In this document: one piece after another, positions 46,933 to 58,757 of the stretch
Numbering within the stretch: position 1 is the stretch's first letter
Layout: each line of letters starts with the position of its first letter
DNA from: Gammaproteobacteria bacterium
GTDB taxonomy: Bacteria; Pseudomonadota; Gammaproteobacteria; SZUA-152
Length of the DNA: 62,576 nt
Direction of reading: 5' to 3'
Assembly: GCA_011051755.1 (NCBI GenBank)
Contig: DRKN01000022.1
Coordinates: 1-62,576, forward strand
Notes under the pieces: model-generated
Seen by the model: the letters and a program-made list of their open reading frames with translations, nothing else
Database searches by the model: none
Told to the model about the DNA's origin: nothing
Made by a program: the position numbers and the translations under genes

Positions 46933-47862
46933 TTATCCGTTGACCGCCGACAGCCATTCCTGGTGCTGGCCGTGACGACCGTGCACCACGTCGAAATACA
47001 GGGTCTGTAGTTGTTCGGTAATGGGGCCGCGGCCACCGTTGCCGATAGGGCGGTTATCCAACTCGCGAATCGGCGTCACCTCGGCGGCGGTGCCGGTAAA
47101 AAAGGCCTCGTCGGCAACGTAGACCTCATCGCGGGTGATGCGTTTCTCCACCACCTTCAGACCCAGCTCGTCGGCGAGGATCATAAGGGTGTCACGGGTG
47201 ATGCCCTCCAGCGCCGAGGTCAGCTCAGGGGTATAAAGCACGCCGTTGCGTACAACGAAAATGTTCTCGCCGCTGCCCTCGGCGACAAAACCGTCCACGT
47301 CCAGCAACAGGGCCTCGTCATAGCCGTCGGTCATGGCCTCCTGCAGGGCCATGATGGAGTTGATGTAGTTGCCGTTGGATTTGGCCTTGCACATGGTCAC
47401 GTTGACATGATGACGAGTAAATGACGAGGTCTTGATGCGGATGCCCTTCTCCATGCCATCGGCGCCCAGGTAGGAGCCCCATTCCCAGGCGGCCACAACG
47501 ACGTGGGCCTTGAGGTTGTCGGCGCGCAGGCCCATGCCCTCGGAGCCGTAGAATACCATTGGCCGCAGATAGGCGGTGTCGAGAGTGTTCTCGCGCACCA
47601 CGGTCAGCTGGGCTGCGTTGATCGTTGCCTTGTCGAAGGGCATGGGTATGTTGAGGATCTTGGCGGAGCGGAACAGGCGGTCGGTGTGTTCCTGCAAGCG
47701 AAAGATGGCCGTACCCCGGGTCTCAGTGTGGTAGGCACGCACACCCTCGAACACGCCCATGCCGTAGTGCAGGGTGTGGGTCAACACATGTACCTTGGCC
47801 TCACGCCAGGGCACCATTTCTCCATCCAGCCAGATGAGACCATCGCGGTCGTCCATCGACAT
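46933..47862 (-). CDS. ilvE: Branched-chain amino-acid aminotransferase
   Basis: 309 aa, a class IV aminotransferase (HTLHYGMGVFEGVRAY, LDVDGFVAEGSGENIF). Confidence 0.93.
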   Translation of the reverse strand: MSMDDRDGLIWLDGEMVPWREAKVHVLTHTLHYGMGVFEGVRAYHTETRGTAIFRLQEHTDRLFRSAKILNIPMPFDKATINAAQLTVVRENTLDTAYLRPMVFYGSEGMGLRADNLKAHVVVAAWEWGSYLGADGMEKGIRIKTSSFTRHHVNVTMCKAKSNGNYINSIMALQEAMTDGYDEALLLDVDGFVAEGSGENIFVVRNGVLYTPELTSALEGITRDTLMILADELGLKVVEKRITRDEVYVADEAFFTGTAAEVTPIRELDNRPIGNGGRGPITEQLQTLYFDVVHGRHGQHQEWLSAVNG

Positions 47863-47911
47863 AAGTCTGTTACTCCTCTGTCTTATTGCCAGTGATTTAC
47901 TTCGTAATGTT

Positions 47912-48397
47912 TTATGGCGCCGCTGGAAAACAGTCCGGCTGGCTTGGATATGAATCAGACGCCCTCAAGAAAGCCCCATGAACTTTCTTTATAAGCCATC
48001 GGCCATTTTCCATCGTGTACGCCACGTTGAATATCAACGGCGTATTTTCCTCAGATACGCCCGCAACCAATACACAGGCTGATTGATTATTCACATTTTC
48101 TTTTTGAAACACCATGGACGTCATATCTTGCGGAAAATTGATTGAAAATATAACTGAATTTCTCTCAAGTTTCGCATTTTCCGAGCCATCAAGCAGCAAT
48201 GGCAAACTCTCAGAAACAAAACTTTCCGCCCAGTATTCCTTCAAAATATCTTCATATGATTTCTTTGACAAAGCACCAACATATTCATCATATCTCTGGA
48301 TGGGCAAATCATTCTCTTTATCAAAAGCATGTGAACACCCAAACAGAGCAAAAACAAAAAATATAAAAAAAATGCAAGATGGATGCAGCTTTGTCAC
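47912..48397 (-). CDS. Hypothetical lipoprotein (AT-rich island)
   Basis: 161 aa with signal peptide and lipobox FALFGCSH. I recognised no family. Its base composition is much AT-richer than the flanks. Confidence 0.55.
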   Translation of the reverse strand: MTKLHPSCIFFIFFVFALFGCSHAFDKENDLPIQRYDEYVGALSKKSYEDILKEYWAESFVSESLPLLLDGSENAKLERNSVIFSINFPQDMTSMVFQKENVNNQSACVLVAGVSEENTPLIFNVAYTMENGRWLIKKVHGAFLRASDSYPSQPDCFPAAP

Positions 48398-48425
48398 TTC
48401 ACCACCTCCCGAATCATCCGTTCTC

Positions 48426-48728
48426 TTATAATGTTGTTCGATTTTTCACTGCTCTAGCTGCAACACATAACAAACCTGTACATCCAAGTATTAATTTTTC
48501 AACATCAACATATCCTGAAATTGACACTGCATATGCGCCAACTTCAAATGTACCTGTATAACTTATTTCCCCATCATCACTTTGCCCAAATTGTACATTC
48601 ACAAACTTAACCGCCACCCCCAATTTCTCTAAAACTGGGCTGCCATTAAATACGACAATTCCTGCTTTTCCGCTCAGCATAGCGTTACCGCTTGGGTCTA
48701 CTACAAGCTTAAAAGGCTCCTTATCCAA
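48426..48728 (-). CDS. Hypothetical protein, 100 aa (AT-rich island; TTG start)
   Basis: An ORF with beta-rich text and no recognisable motif. There is no ATG at its 5' end, so it may be a gene fragment. Confidence 0.35.
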   Translation of the reverse strand: MDKEPFKLVVDPSGNAMLSGKAGIVVFNGSPVLEKLGVAVKFVNVQFGQSDDGEISYTGTFEVGAYAVSISGYVDVEKLILGCTGLLCVAARAVKNRTTL

Positions 48729-48969
48729 AACAACTATCCCTCAGCAAGCTACGAGGCATAATTAAAACTCTGATTTTGTTTGCCACGCTGCAAACAGAGG
48801 GAAATTCAACCCAGAGGGATTAAATATAACAGCCGCCCCCCCCTCTCAGTCACCCCTTATCCCAACGCCTTCCCAGGAAGGAAAAAACTGAAAACACCCG
48901 ACAAATCTCTGTTCGAAACCCTTCAACAAACACCATGCCTCCTGCAACGAACTGCCATGGCCAAGGTAG

Positions 48970-51870
48970 CTATTCAATATAAGTACGCCAGATGCGCCTC
49001 ACCGCCTCGCGCACGCTGCCGAAGCGCGCCGCATCCACCTGCGCAGGCCGTTCCTGTAGCGACAGGCGATGCACCTCGGCACGATAGGCGCGGTAGGCAT
49101 CGCTGAGAATACGGCATTCCTGCACACTGAAAAAACCGTGCGCGACGAGCAGGGCCAGCAGGCGGATATTGTCCGTGAAGCCGGTCAGATCCGGGGCCTG
49201 GTGCGCCCAGCGCAGAACCCCGAATTGAACCATAAATTCGATATCGGCGATACCGCCGTGCCCCTGTTTAAGATCGAACCGGCCGGCGGATTCGTGGCCC
49301 AGGGATTCGCGCATACGCTCGCGCATCTCGCGTACCTCTTTTTTTAGCAGCAGCGGATCGCGTTCGCGGCTCAGCACTTCGTGGCGCACGCGATGGAATG
49401 CCGCACCCACGACCTCGTCACCAGCCACCACCCGGGCCCGCACCAGGGCCTGGTGTTCCCAGACCCAGGCCTTGTTTTTCTGGTAATCCTCGAAACCGGG
49501 TACACCCACCACCAGCAGGCCGGAAGCGCCGCTGGGACGCAGCCGCATATCGACCTCGTAAAGCGTGCCGGCCGGGGTCAGGGTGGTCAGGATGTGGATG
49601 ATACGCTGGCCGAGGCGGGCATAAAACACCGCATCGGCCACTACCTTCGGCCCCGCAGTCACGGCGCTGCTGACCGGTGCGGCGTCGTTGCTGGCGTGCA
49701 GGAACACCATATCCAGATCCGAGCCGTAACCCAGTTCGATGCCGCCCAGCTTGCCGTAGGCGACGATGGCAAAACCTTTTTTGTCATCGCTGCTGTCACC
49801 GGCCACCGAGGGCCTGCCGTAGCGCCGAATGAGGTCGGCCCAGGCCAGCTCCAAGACCTGCACCAAAATCACCTCAGCGATATGAGTAAGGTGGTCGCTC
49901 ACCACCATCAGCGGCACAGCGTCCATCACATCGGCGGCGGCCACGCGCAACACCGCCGCCTGTTTGAACTGGCGCAGCGCATCCATGGCCTGCTCCAGGT
50001 CACCGTCGGGCACGGCGTCCAGACGGCATTGCAATTCGGCGGCCAACTCGTCACGGCCGGCCGGTGCATACAGGCTGCGCGCGTCCAGCAGTTCGTCCAG
50101 CAACAGGGGGTACTGCACCAGCCTTACCGCGATCCACGGGCTGACAGCACACAGGCGTACCAGTTGCGACAGGGCCAGCGGATGTTCCACCAGCAAGGCC
50201 AGATAGGCACTACGGCGGGCCACGGCCTCGACCAATTTCAACAACCGCTGCACCACCACGTCGGCCTCATCGTGTACCCCCGCCGCTGCCAGCAGCAGCG
50301 GCATCAGCCGATCCAGCCGCTCACGGCCGGTGCAATGCAGAGCGCGGTAGCGTGAACTGTCACGCAGTGCGCTGATCTGCCGCAGCACGGCCCCGGCATC
50401 ATCGAAGCCGGCCTCGCGCAACGCAGTCTGGGCAGCGTCATTATCCAGCGCCCCCTGCCACAGGGCGTCCAAGGCGGCCTTGCCATCGCCGGTCTGCGGC
50501 GCTTCGAAGACCTGCTCGAAGTGGCTGTGCACCCGCGCCATGTGACCGCGCAGCACGGGAATGAAATCATCCCAGCTCTCGCAGCCCATGCTGTAGGCGA
50601 GGCGTTGGCGTGCGGTCTCATCCGCTGGCAGGCGATGGGTCTGCTGGTCACGGTATTCCTGCAGGCGGTGTTCACTGTTGCGCAGGAACACATAGGCGTC
50701 GAGCAATTGCTCCACCACGTAGCGCGGCAGGTAATCCTGCTCGGCCAGCCACGCCAGCACGCGGCGAATCTCACGCCGTTGCAGGGCCGGCTCACGGCCG
50801 CCACGAACCAGCTGGAAGGCCTGACCGATGAATTCCACTTCACGGATGCCACCGGCACCCAGCTTGACGTTGTCGGCCATGCCCTTGCGCTGCACCTCGG
50901 CGGTCACCATGGCCTTCATCTCGCGCAGGGCGGCGAAGGTGCCATAGTCGAGATAACGCCGGTAAACAAAGGGACGCAGCAGGCCCAGCAGGCGTTCGCC
51001 GTCTTCGCAACGACCGGCCACCGGGCGTGCCTTGATCAGGGCGTAGCGCTCCCAGTCGCGGCCATGCACCTGATAATAGCTCTCCATGGCCTCGAAGTTC
51101 AGCGCCAGCGCGCCGCTGCCCCCGAAAGGCCGCAAGCGCATGTCGACGCGGAACACAAAACCCTCGGCGGTATTTTCGTCGAGGGTGCGGATCAGCTCGC
51201 GGCCCAGGCGGATAAAAAACTCCTCGTTGCTGCGCGTACGCGGCACACCTTGTGTTTCCCCGCTTTCGGCATAGGCGAAGATAAGGTCGACATCGGAGGA
51301 AAAATTCAGCTCGCCCGCACCCAACTTGCCCATGCCGAGCACCACCAGTTGCTGCGGCTGGCCACTATTGGCGCCGGTAGGCACACCCCACTCGGCCTGC
51401 CGCCAGTCCTGTAGGCGGGCCAGAGCACCGCGAATGCAGGCCTCGGCCAGGGCCGAGAGGTCGGCGCTGGTCTGCCACAGGTCGGCATGGCCGGCGATGT
51501 CACGCCAGGCGATGCGCAGCATCTCGCGGCGACGCAGGCGGCGCAGGGCAACACCGAGCTGATCGGCATTGGCACCGTCGGCTAACGCCGCCTGCACTCG
51601 GCCGGCCAGGGTATCGGCGGCGTAGGCCCGATGCAGATCGCCACTGTCGAGCAGGCCAAGCAGCAAGGCCGGATCGCGCGTGCAATGACGGGCGACGAAG
51701 TCGCTACAGGCCCACACACGGCACAACTCGGGCAGCAGTGCGGGGTCGATGGACTGCGTGGCGTGGCTTTCCTTGAGCGTTTCAGTGAAGGCCGTCCAGT
51801 GCGCGGCCAACTCATCGCGCAACGCCGCAGGTACTGTGCGCAGATGTGCATCAATGTCGATATGGCTCAT
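48970..51870 (-). CDS. glnE: Bifunctional glutamine synthetase adenylyltransferase / adenylyl-removing enzyme
   Basis: 966 aa with two nucleotidyltransferase domains (GMGKLGAGELNFSSDVDLIF and AYGKLGGIELGYGSDLDMVF). Confidence 0.95.
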   Translation of the reverse strand: MSHIDIDAHLRTVPAALRDELAAHWTAFTETLKESHATQSIDPALLPELCRVWACSDFVARHCTRDPALLLGLLDSGDLHRAYAADTLAGRVQAALADGANADQLGVALRRLRRREMLRIAWRDIAGHADLWQTSADLSALAEACIRGALARLQDWRQAEWGVPTGANSGQPQQLVVLGMGKLGAGELNFSSDVDLIFAYAESGETQGVPRTRSNEEFFIRLGRELIRTLDENTAEGFVFRVDMRLRPFGGSGALALNFEAMESYYQVHGRDWERYALIKARPVAGRCEDGERLLGLLRPFVYRRYLDYGTFAALREMKAMVTAEVQRKGMADNVKLGAGGIREVEFIGQAFQLVRGGREPALQRREIRRVLAWLAEQDYLPRYVVEQLLDAYVFLRNSEHRLQEYRDQQTHRLPADETARQRLAYSMGCESWDDFIPVLRGHMARVHSHFEQVFEAPQTGDGKAALDALWQGALDNDAAQTALREAGFDDAGAVLRQISALRDSSRYRALHCTGRERLDRLMPLLLAAAGVHDEADVVVQRLLKLVEAVARRSAYLALLVEHPLALSQLVRLCAVSPWIAVRLVQYPLLLDELLDARSLYAPAGRDELAAELQCRLDAVPDGDLEQAMDALRQFKQAAVLRVAAADVMDAVPLMVVSDHLTHIAEVILVQVLELAWADLIRRYGRPSVAGDSSDDKKGFAIVAYGKLGGIELGYGSDLDMVFLHASNDAAPVSSAVTAGPKVVADAVFYARLGQRIIHILTTLTPAGTLYEVDMRLRPSGASGLLVVGVPGFEDYQKNKAWVWEHQALVRARVVAGDEVVGAAFHRVRHEVLSRERDPLLLKKEVREMRERMRESLGHESAGRFDLKQGHGGIADIEFMVQFGVLRWAHQAPDLTGFTDNIRLLALLVAHGFFSVQECRILSDAYRAYRAEVHRLSLQERPAQVDAARFGSVREAVRRIWRTYIE

Positions 51871-51995
51871 TCACTGACCCTTCTACTGTCCACGCCTTAA
51901 AGGATAGGCTCACTGAACCGATATCTGAAAGGCATCAAGTGAACTTATTACTCAACCTGAACAGTGCATTCAGGTTCAACCGCAGGGCCTTTCAA

Positions 51996-53165
51996 ATGCA
52001 GATCCTGGATTATCTGAAACTGATGGTGAAGTATGAGGCCTCCGACCTCTATTTCACAGTCGGCGCGCCAGTGAGCGCAAAGATTTTTGGCATGCTCAAA
52101 CCGCTGGAAAAAACCACCCTGCCCTCCGGACAGGTCAAGGAACTGGCGTACAGCCTGATGAGCGAAGAACAGATCGCCCTGTTCGAGATCAAACCGGAGA
52201 TGAATCTGGCCCATTCAGAATCGGGCCTGGGCCGCTTCCGCGTCAACATCTTCAAGCAGCGCAATCAGGTAGCGATGGTGGTGCGTCACATCAAGACGCA
52301 GATTCCCAGTTCCGAAGAGCTGGGCCTGCCGCCGATTCTGAAAAAGATCGTCATGCAGAAACGTGGTCTGGTGCTGTTCGTCGGTGGCACCGGTTCGGGC
52401 AAGTCCACCTCGCTGGCGGCCCTGATCGACTACCGCAACACCAATAGTGCGGGACACATCATTACCATCGAGGATCCCATCGAGTTCATCCATAACCACA
52501 AAAAGTCCATTGTCAATCAACGCGAAGTGGGACTGGACACAGACAGCTATGAAGATGCCCTGATCAACACCCTGCGCCAGGCGCCCGATGTCATCCTGAT
52601 CGGCGAGATCCGCGACCGCGAGACCATGGAACACGCCATTGCCTTCGCTGAGACCGGCCATCTGGCCATTTCCACCCTGCACGCCAACAACGCCAACCAG
52701 GCCCTGGATCGCATCATCAACTTTTTTCCCGATGATCGGCGCAGTCAACTGCTGATGGATCTGTCGCTCAATGTGCGCGCCTTTATTTCACAACGCCTGA
52801 TTCCCACGCTGGACAGCAAACGCACGGTCGCGGTGGAAGTGCTGCTGGGTACGCCATTGATACAGGATCTGATCCTCAAGGGCGAGATCCATACCATCAA
52901 GGAGATCATGGAAAAATCCACCAATCTGGGCATGCAGACCTTCGATCAGGCCCTGTTCAAGCTCTACAAGGACGGCCAGATATCCCTGGAGGAGGCCCTG
53001 CGCAATGCCGATTCACAGAATAACCTGCGCCTGAAGATCAGCCTCTCGGAAGGCAGAACTGAAGTGGATTCGGGCCTGAAGATGGAAGAGGAGGCGGACG
53101 ACCCGGCCGTCATGGGGCCGCGGGCCGGCCTGCTGAACATGGAACTGGCACCTAAACCACGTTAA
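51996..53165 (+). CDS. pilU: Type IV pilus retraction ATPase PilU-like (PilT/PilU family)
   Basis: Walker A GGTGSGKST, AFAETGHL and LHANNANQALDRI. The full length resembles P. aeruginosa PilU as I recall it. I chose the ATG at 51996. Confidence 0.8.
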   Translation: MQILDYLKLMVKYEASDLYFTVGAPVSAKIFGMLKPLEKTTLPSGQVKELAYSLMSEEQIALFEIKPEMNLAHSESGLGRFRVNIFKQRNQVAMVVRHIKTQIPSSEELGLPPILKKIVMQKRGLVLFVGGTGSGKSTSLAALIDYRNTNSAGHIITIEDPIEFIHNHKKSIVNQREVGLDTDSYEDALINTLRQAPDVILIGEIRDRETMEHAIAFAETGHLAISTLHANNANQALDRIINFFPDDRRSQLLMDLSLNVRAFISQRLIPTLDSKRTVAVEVLLGTPLIQDLILKGEIHTIKEIMEKSTNLGMQTFDQALFKLYKDGQISLEEALRNADSQNNLRLKISLSEGRTEVDSGLKMEEEADDPAVMGPRAGLLNMELAPKPR

Positions 53166-53183
53166 GCCTGAAGTCCCTCAAGC

Positions 53184-55622
53184 CTAAAATAACTCCTCCG
53201 GCACTTCGTCCGTGGCGGAACGGGGGGCCAGCCTGTCGCCTCCCTGTCGATACGGAACCATTGCCTCTTCGTCCAGCGGCGCCGGCACATTTTCCACGCG
53301 GAAGGTTTCAAAGATCGCCTGGGGATGACCGGCCGGCGCCAACAGTCCGCTTTTTGGGTCGATACGCACGGTGACCAGCCCCGAGGGACGCTCCAGCGAC
53401 TGCGGCGGCAGCCCTTTTAGTGCCTCACGCATGTAGTCAATCCACATGGGCAGTGCGGCACGGCCCCCTGTTTCCCGGTCACCCAGCGGCTGCGGACGGT
53501 CGAAACCCACCCACACCGTGGTCGCCAGATCCGAGCTAAACCCCGAAAACCAGGCGTCATGCTGATCATTGGTGGTCCCCGTCTTGCCCGCCAGATCCGC
53601 ACGCTGCAGCACCCGCGCACGCCGTGCCGTGCCACGCTGGATCACGTCACGCATTATACTGCGCATCAGGTAGACGTTCTGCGCCGTGGCCACGCGGGGG
53701 GCGATATTGACCGGTATCTGTTCATCACGCCGGGGCGGTCCGACAAAGGTCATCTGCGCAGCACGCTCTGCATCCGTTACCTCACAATACCTGCACACGG
53801 TGGCCGGCGCCGCCTGGTACAGCACTTCACCATCCGGATCTTCGATGCGCTCAATAAACCAGGGGGTGACGTGGAAGCCGTTATTGGCAAACACCGCATA
53901 ACCCGTGACGATCTCCAGCGGCGTCACGGCACCGCTACCCAGCGCCAGTGACAGGTCACGCGGCAGACCTGACCTGTCAAAGCCGAAGCGGCTGACATAG
54001 TTGATGGCGTAGGAAATGCCCATCGCACGCAGCAGACGGATGGAAACCAGGTTGCGTGACTTCACCAGCGCCTCGCGCAGACGGGTGGGGCCGAACACGC
54101 GACCGCTATAGTTTTCCGGCCGCCAGGTGGCCTCCAGGCCGACATCCTCGAACACCACCGGGGCATCGTTGATCAGACTCGCCGGTGTGAAACCTTTTTC
54201 CAGCCCGGCGGAATAGATGAACGGTTTGAAATTGGAGCCCGGCTGGCGCTTGGCCTGGGTGATACGGTTGAACTTGCTGGCGCTGAAATCAAACCCGCCC
54301 ACCAGGGCTCGAATGGCCCCGTCATGGGGGCTGACAGACACCAGCGCGCCCTCCACCGTGGGCACCTGCACCAAGTGCCATACATCCTTTTTACCGCGTT
54401 CGGTGATGCGAATCACATCGCCGCGGGCGAGGATATCAGCCGCCTGTTCCGGCACCTTACCGGTTCGGCCACCCGGCAGCGCCGGCGCGGCCCACGACAG
54501 GCCGGCCCAGTCGATCGACACGATACCCCGGCGCGGCTCGTAGACCCTGGCGGACTGCCCCTCTACCGACAGCACCAGCGCTGGCAGCAAACCATTGACT
54601 TCCCGGTAGGGCTTCAGCACCTCCGCCCATTGCTCTTCCGTATCCTCCTCACCCAGCTCGACCCGTGCCAGCGGGCCGCGGTAGCCATGCCGCGCATCAT
54701 AGGCCAGCAGGGCCTCGCGCTGAGCGGCATTGGCCGCCGCCTGCATGGCCGAGCTTACGCTGGTGATCACCCGGAAGCCCCTGGAATAGGCATTGTCACC
54801 ATAGCGGGAAACCATCTCACTACGCACCATCTCCGCCACATAGGGTGCCACCACTTCTTGTGACAGGCCGTGCAGTTTGGCATCGTCCGGGGTGCTCATG
54901 GCCGCCTGATATTCAGCCTCGGAAATAAAACCCAGTAAGCGCATGCGGCCCAGCACATAGCCCCGGCGCGTCAGGGCCCGGGACGGATTGACCACCGGGT
55001 TGAAGGTGGACGGCGCTTTGGGCAGGCCGGCGATCATGGCAATCTGCGCCGTGCTCAGACGTTCCACGGGCAGGCCATAATAGACCCGTGCCGCAGTCGC
55101 CACACCATAGGCCCGATGGCCGAAATAGATTTTGTTGAGGTACAGTGTAATAATCTCTTGCTTGCTCAGCTCATCCTCTATTTTCAGTGCCAGGAAGATT
55201 TCATTGAGCTTGCGCAGATAGGTTTTTTCACGGCTGAGGAAGAAGTTGCGCGCCACCTGCATGGTGATCGTACTGCCACCCTGACCCTTCTCACCGGTGC
55301 GGATCAGATAGGCAGCGGCACGCAGCAGGCCACGCCAGTCAACGCCGGGATGCTCAAAAAAACGGTCGTCTTCCGCCGCCAGTACCGCCTTGATCAGGCG
55401 ATCAGGAATCTCATCGTAGTCCAGCGGGGCACGGCGCTTTTCACCAAACTCGGCGAGCAACTTGTGGTCACGGGTGTAAATTCGTAGTGGAACTTGAAAC
55501 TGAACTTCTTTAAGGTTATCCACCGACGGCAACTTCGGCATCACTACGAAATAGATGCCAAGCACCACCGTCAACAATGCCGTGACACCAAGTCCGGCCA
55601 ATATCAATAGAAATCGTTTCAT
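53184..55622 (-). CDS. mrcA: Penicillin-binding protein 1A (bifunctional transglycosylase/transpeptidase)
   Basis: GT51 motif AAEDDRFFEHPGVD and transpeptidase SxxK in QPGSNFKPF, 812 aa. It is divergent from pilM, as in pseudomonads. Confidence 0.93.
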   Translation of the reverse strand: MKRFLLILAGLGVTALLTVVLGIYFVVMPKLPSVDNLKEVQFQVPLRIYTRDHKLLAEFGEKRRAPLDYDEIPDRLIKAVLAAEDDRFFEHPGVDWRGLLRAAAYLIRTGEKGQGGSTITMQVARNFFLSREKTYLRKLNEIFLALKIEDELSKQEIITLYLNKIYFGHRAYGVATAARVYYGLPVERLSTAQIAMIAGLPKAPSTFNPVVNPSRALTRRGYVLGRMRLLGFISEAEYQAAMSTPDDAKLHGLSQEVVAPYVAEMVRSEMVSRYGDNAYSRGFRVITSVSSAMQAAANAAQREALLAYDARHGYRGPLARVELGEEDTEEQWAEVLKPYREVNGLLPALVLSVEGQSARVYEPRRGIVSIDWAGLSWAAPALPGGRTGKVPEQAADILARGDVIRITERGKKDVWHLVQVPTVEGALVSVSPHDGAIRALVGGFDFSASKFNRITQAKRQPGSNFKPFIYSAGLEKGFTPASLINDAPVVFEDVGLEATWRPENYSGRVFGPTRLREALVKSRNLVSIRLLRAMGISYAINYVSRFGFDRSGLPRDLSLALGSGAVTPLEIVTGYAVFANNGFHVTPWFIERIEDPDGEVLYQAAPATVCRYCEVTDAERAAQMTFVGPPRRDEQIPVNIAPRVATAQNVYLMRSIMRDVIQRGTARRARVLQRADLAGKTGTTNDQHDAWFSGFSSDLATTVWVGFDRPQPLGDRETGGRAALPMWIDYMREALKGLPPQSLERPSGLVTVRIDPKSGLLAPAGHPQAIFETFRVENVPAPLDEEAMVPYRQGGDRLAPRSATDEVPEELF

Positions 55623-55806
55623 AAACAGGGGGCAGCAAGGCTTCCAGAGGAGGTTTCTGTGATGGGGTTCATGCAGTTAAACGTAGATGGAGTCGACAGA
55701 GTATAAAACCTCTAATAAGATCAACCCAATACTATTTTTCTCAATGCAGTTTTGATCTATCGTAAAGTTTGTCGTATAACTACCGATAATCTGCTTACCT
55801 GCATGA

Positions 55807-56894
<1,088 letters not shown>

Positions 56895-56895
<1 letters not shown>

Positions 56896-57458
56896 TGCCA
56901 CACATTAATCTGCTTCCCTGGCGCGAAGAACTCCGACGTGAACGGCAACGGCTGTTTATCAACATTGCCGTCGGCGCCGCCGTACTTATGCTTGGCATCA
57001 TTGCGCTAACGCACATCCAAATCAATGGCATCATCGAAGGCCAACAGGCTCGCAATACCTTCCTCCAGGATCAAATCGCCCGCGTCGACACGGAAATCCA
57101 GGAAATCGAAAGCCTGGAGCGGGAAAAACAGGCCCTGCTGGCGCGTATGCAGATCATCCAGGAGTTGCAAAGCAGCCGCTCCGAAATCGTCCATTTGTTC
57201 GATGAGACGGCAAGAATCATTCCCGAGCAGGTTTATCTGATCAAGCTGAACCGTACAGGACGCGAGATCCATCTCGAGGGTGTTGCCGACTCCAACGAGG
57301 ATATTTCCGAGTTCATGCGCAACCTCAGCCTCTCTCCCTGGTTTACCAATCCCAGGCTGACCGTTATCGAGACCGGCAAGGCGCCCTATAAGGATGACAG
57401 CTGGTTCAAGCTCACGGTGAACCTGACCAACGGCAAGGTGGAGAAGGAAGAAAAATGA
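56895..57458 (+). CDS. pilN: Type IV pilus assembly protein PilN
   Basis: INLLPWREE N-terminal motif, a single TM segment, 187 aa. Confidence 0.9.
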
Positions 57459-58093
57459 ATCTCGACCTCGACCTCAACAACCTCGACTTCAACAATATTG
57501 GCAGTTGGCCCGCCGCGGCACGCGCCATTGTCGTTGCCCTGCTCTGCGGAACCCTATTGTTCCTCGGCTATTACCTGGATATCAGCGACCAATTGTTGAC
57601 TCTGGAACAAGCGGAGGCCAAGGAAATCACCCTCAAGGCCGAATTTGAAAAGAAACAGGCCAAGGCCGCCAACCTGGAGGCCTACAAAGAGCAGATGGAG
57701 GAAATGGAACACACCTTCGGCACCCTGCTGCAGCAATTACCCGGCAAGACGGAAGTGGCCGAGGTGCTTGTCGACGTCTCCCATGTCGGCATTCAGACCG
57801 GGCTTGAATTTGAACTCTTCAAACCCGCCGCCGAAATCCCCAAGGAATTTTATGCCGAACTCCCCATTCAGTTGCGCGTCATCGGTACCGCCCACGAATT
57901 TGGCAATTTCGTCAGCGGTATCGCCGCACTGCCTCGCATCGTCACACTGCATGACCTCACCATCACGCGCAAAGCCAAGGGCAAAGACGACAAGAGCGGT
58001 CAGCTAAGCATGTCGGCCACCGCAAAGACCTACCGTTATCTCGATGAAGACGAGAAGTCCGCCAGCAACACTCGCAAAAGGAAGGGCAGATAA
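57455..58093 (+). CDS. pilO: Type IV pilus assembly protein PilO
   Basis: 212 aa with a TM segment, a coiled coil and a ferredoxin-like C-terminus. The position is conserved, with an ATGA overlap. Confidence 0.88.
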   Translation: MNLDLDLNNLDFNNIGSWPAAARAIVVALLCGTLLFLGYYLDISDQLLTLEQAEAKEITLKAEFEKKQAKAANLEAYKEQMEEMEHTFGTLLQQLPGKTEVAEVLVDVSHVGIQTGLEFELFKPAAEIPKEFYAELPIQLRVIGTAHEFGNFVSGIAALPRIVTLHDLTITRKAKGKDDKSGQLSMSATAKTYRYLDEDEKSASNTRKRKGR

Positions 58094-58665
58094 TGAGCCA
58101 CAACGCCCCAACTCGCGCACAGCAACAGGCTAGCCGCCGAGCAACCCCGGCCAAGAGATGGTGTATACTCGCCCTTCTGTCGGCCATCGGCCTGAGCGGC
58201 TGCGGAGGAAAAGACACGGGCGACCTGGAAACCTATGTCCAGGAGATCGAACAGCGGCAAAAAGGCAGTATTCCACCGCTCCCCGAGCGACTGGAGTACG
58301 AAGTATTTACTTATGACGAAACGTCGTTGCGCGATCCCTTTGAGCCGCCGGAAAAAGCCATAGAAAATGCCAGGGCTCCCAACACAGGCCTGCAACCCGA
58401 TCTGAAGCGGGAGCGAGAAGCGTTGGAGCACTTCTCCCTGGGCAGTCTGCGCATGGTAGGCTCCATCGAGAAAAATGGCCGTCGCTGGGCACTGGTCATT
58501 GCCTCGGATGGCACCCTGCATCGTGCCACCACGGGCCAACACATGGGCCAGGACAATGGCGAAGTCATCAAGATTACCGAGACCGAGGTAGAATTGAAAG
58601 AAATTGTACCGGATGGGCTCGGCGGCTGGATCGAAAGACGCACAACCCTGACCGTCAGCGAATGA
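58093..58665 (+). CDS. pilP: Type IV pilus assembly lipoprotein PilP
   Basis: Lipobox GLSGCGG, 190 aa, conserved position. Confidence 0.85.
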   Translation: MSHNAPTRAQQQASRRATPAKRWCILALLSAIGLSGCGGKDTGDLETYVQEIEQRQKGSIPPLPERLEYEVFTYDETSLRDPFEPPEKAIENARAPNTGLQPDLKREREALEHFSLGSLRMVGSIEKNGRRWALVIASDGTLHRATTGQHMGQDNGEVIKITETEVELKEIVPDGLGGWIERRTTLTVSE

Positions 58666-58757
58666 TGCCAACGAGGACACTGGATATGGGCATTATCAAC
58701 TGCATGAAAAAAATCAGCACAACAAGCGACAAGTCTCACAAGACGCGGGAAAAATGG

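Noticed and set aside
48820-48930. ATAACAGCCGCC motif near 48826, considered as a second attC site for the AT-rich ilvE-glnE insert
   Set aside because: There is no complementary GTTAT-type partner core and no paired L-boxes within 60-140 nt on either side, so the flanks do not fold into an attC-like structure.
52990-53165. An apparent acidic or low-complexity C-terminal extension of the PilU-like ATPase, and the absence of an adjacent pilT
   Set aside because: From memory, P. aeruginosa PilU has a comparable C-terminal tail (…LRLMIKLGSETD…). pilT may simply lie elsewhere in the genome, so this is not anomalous enough to report.
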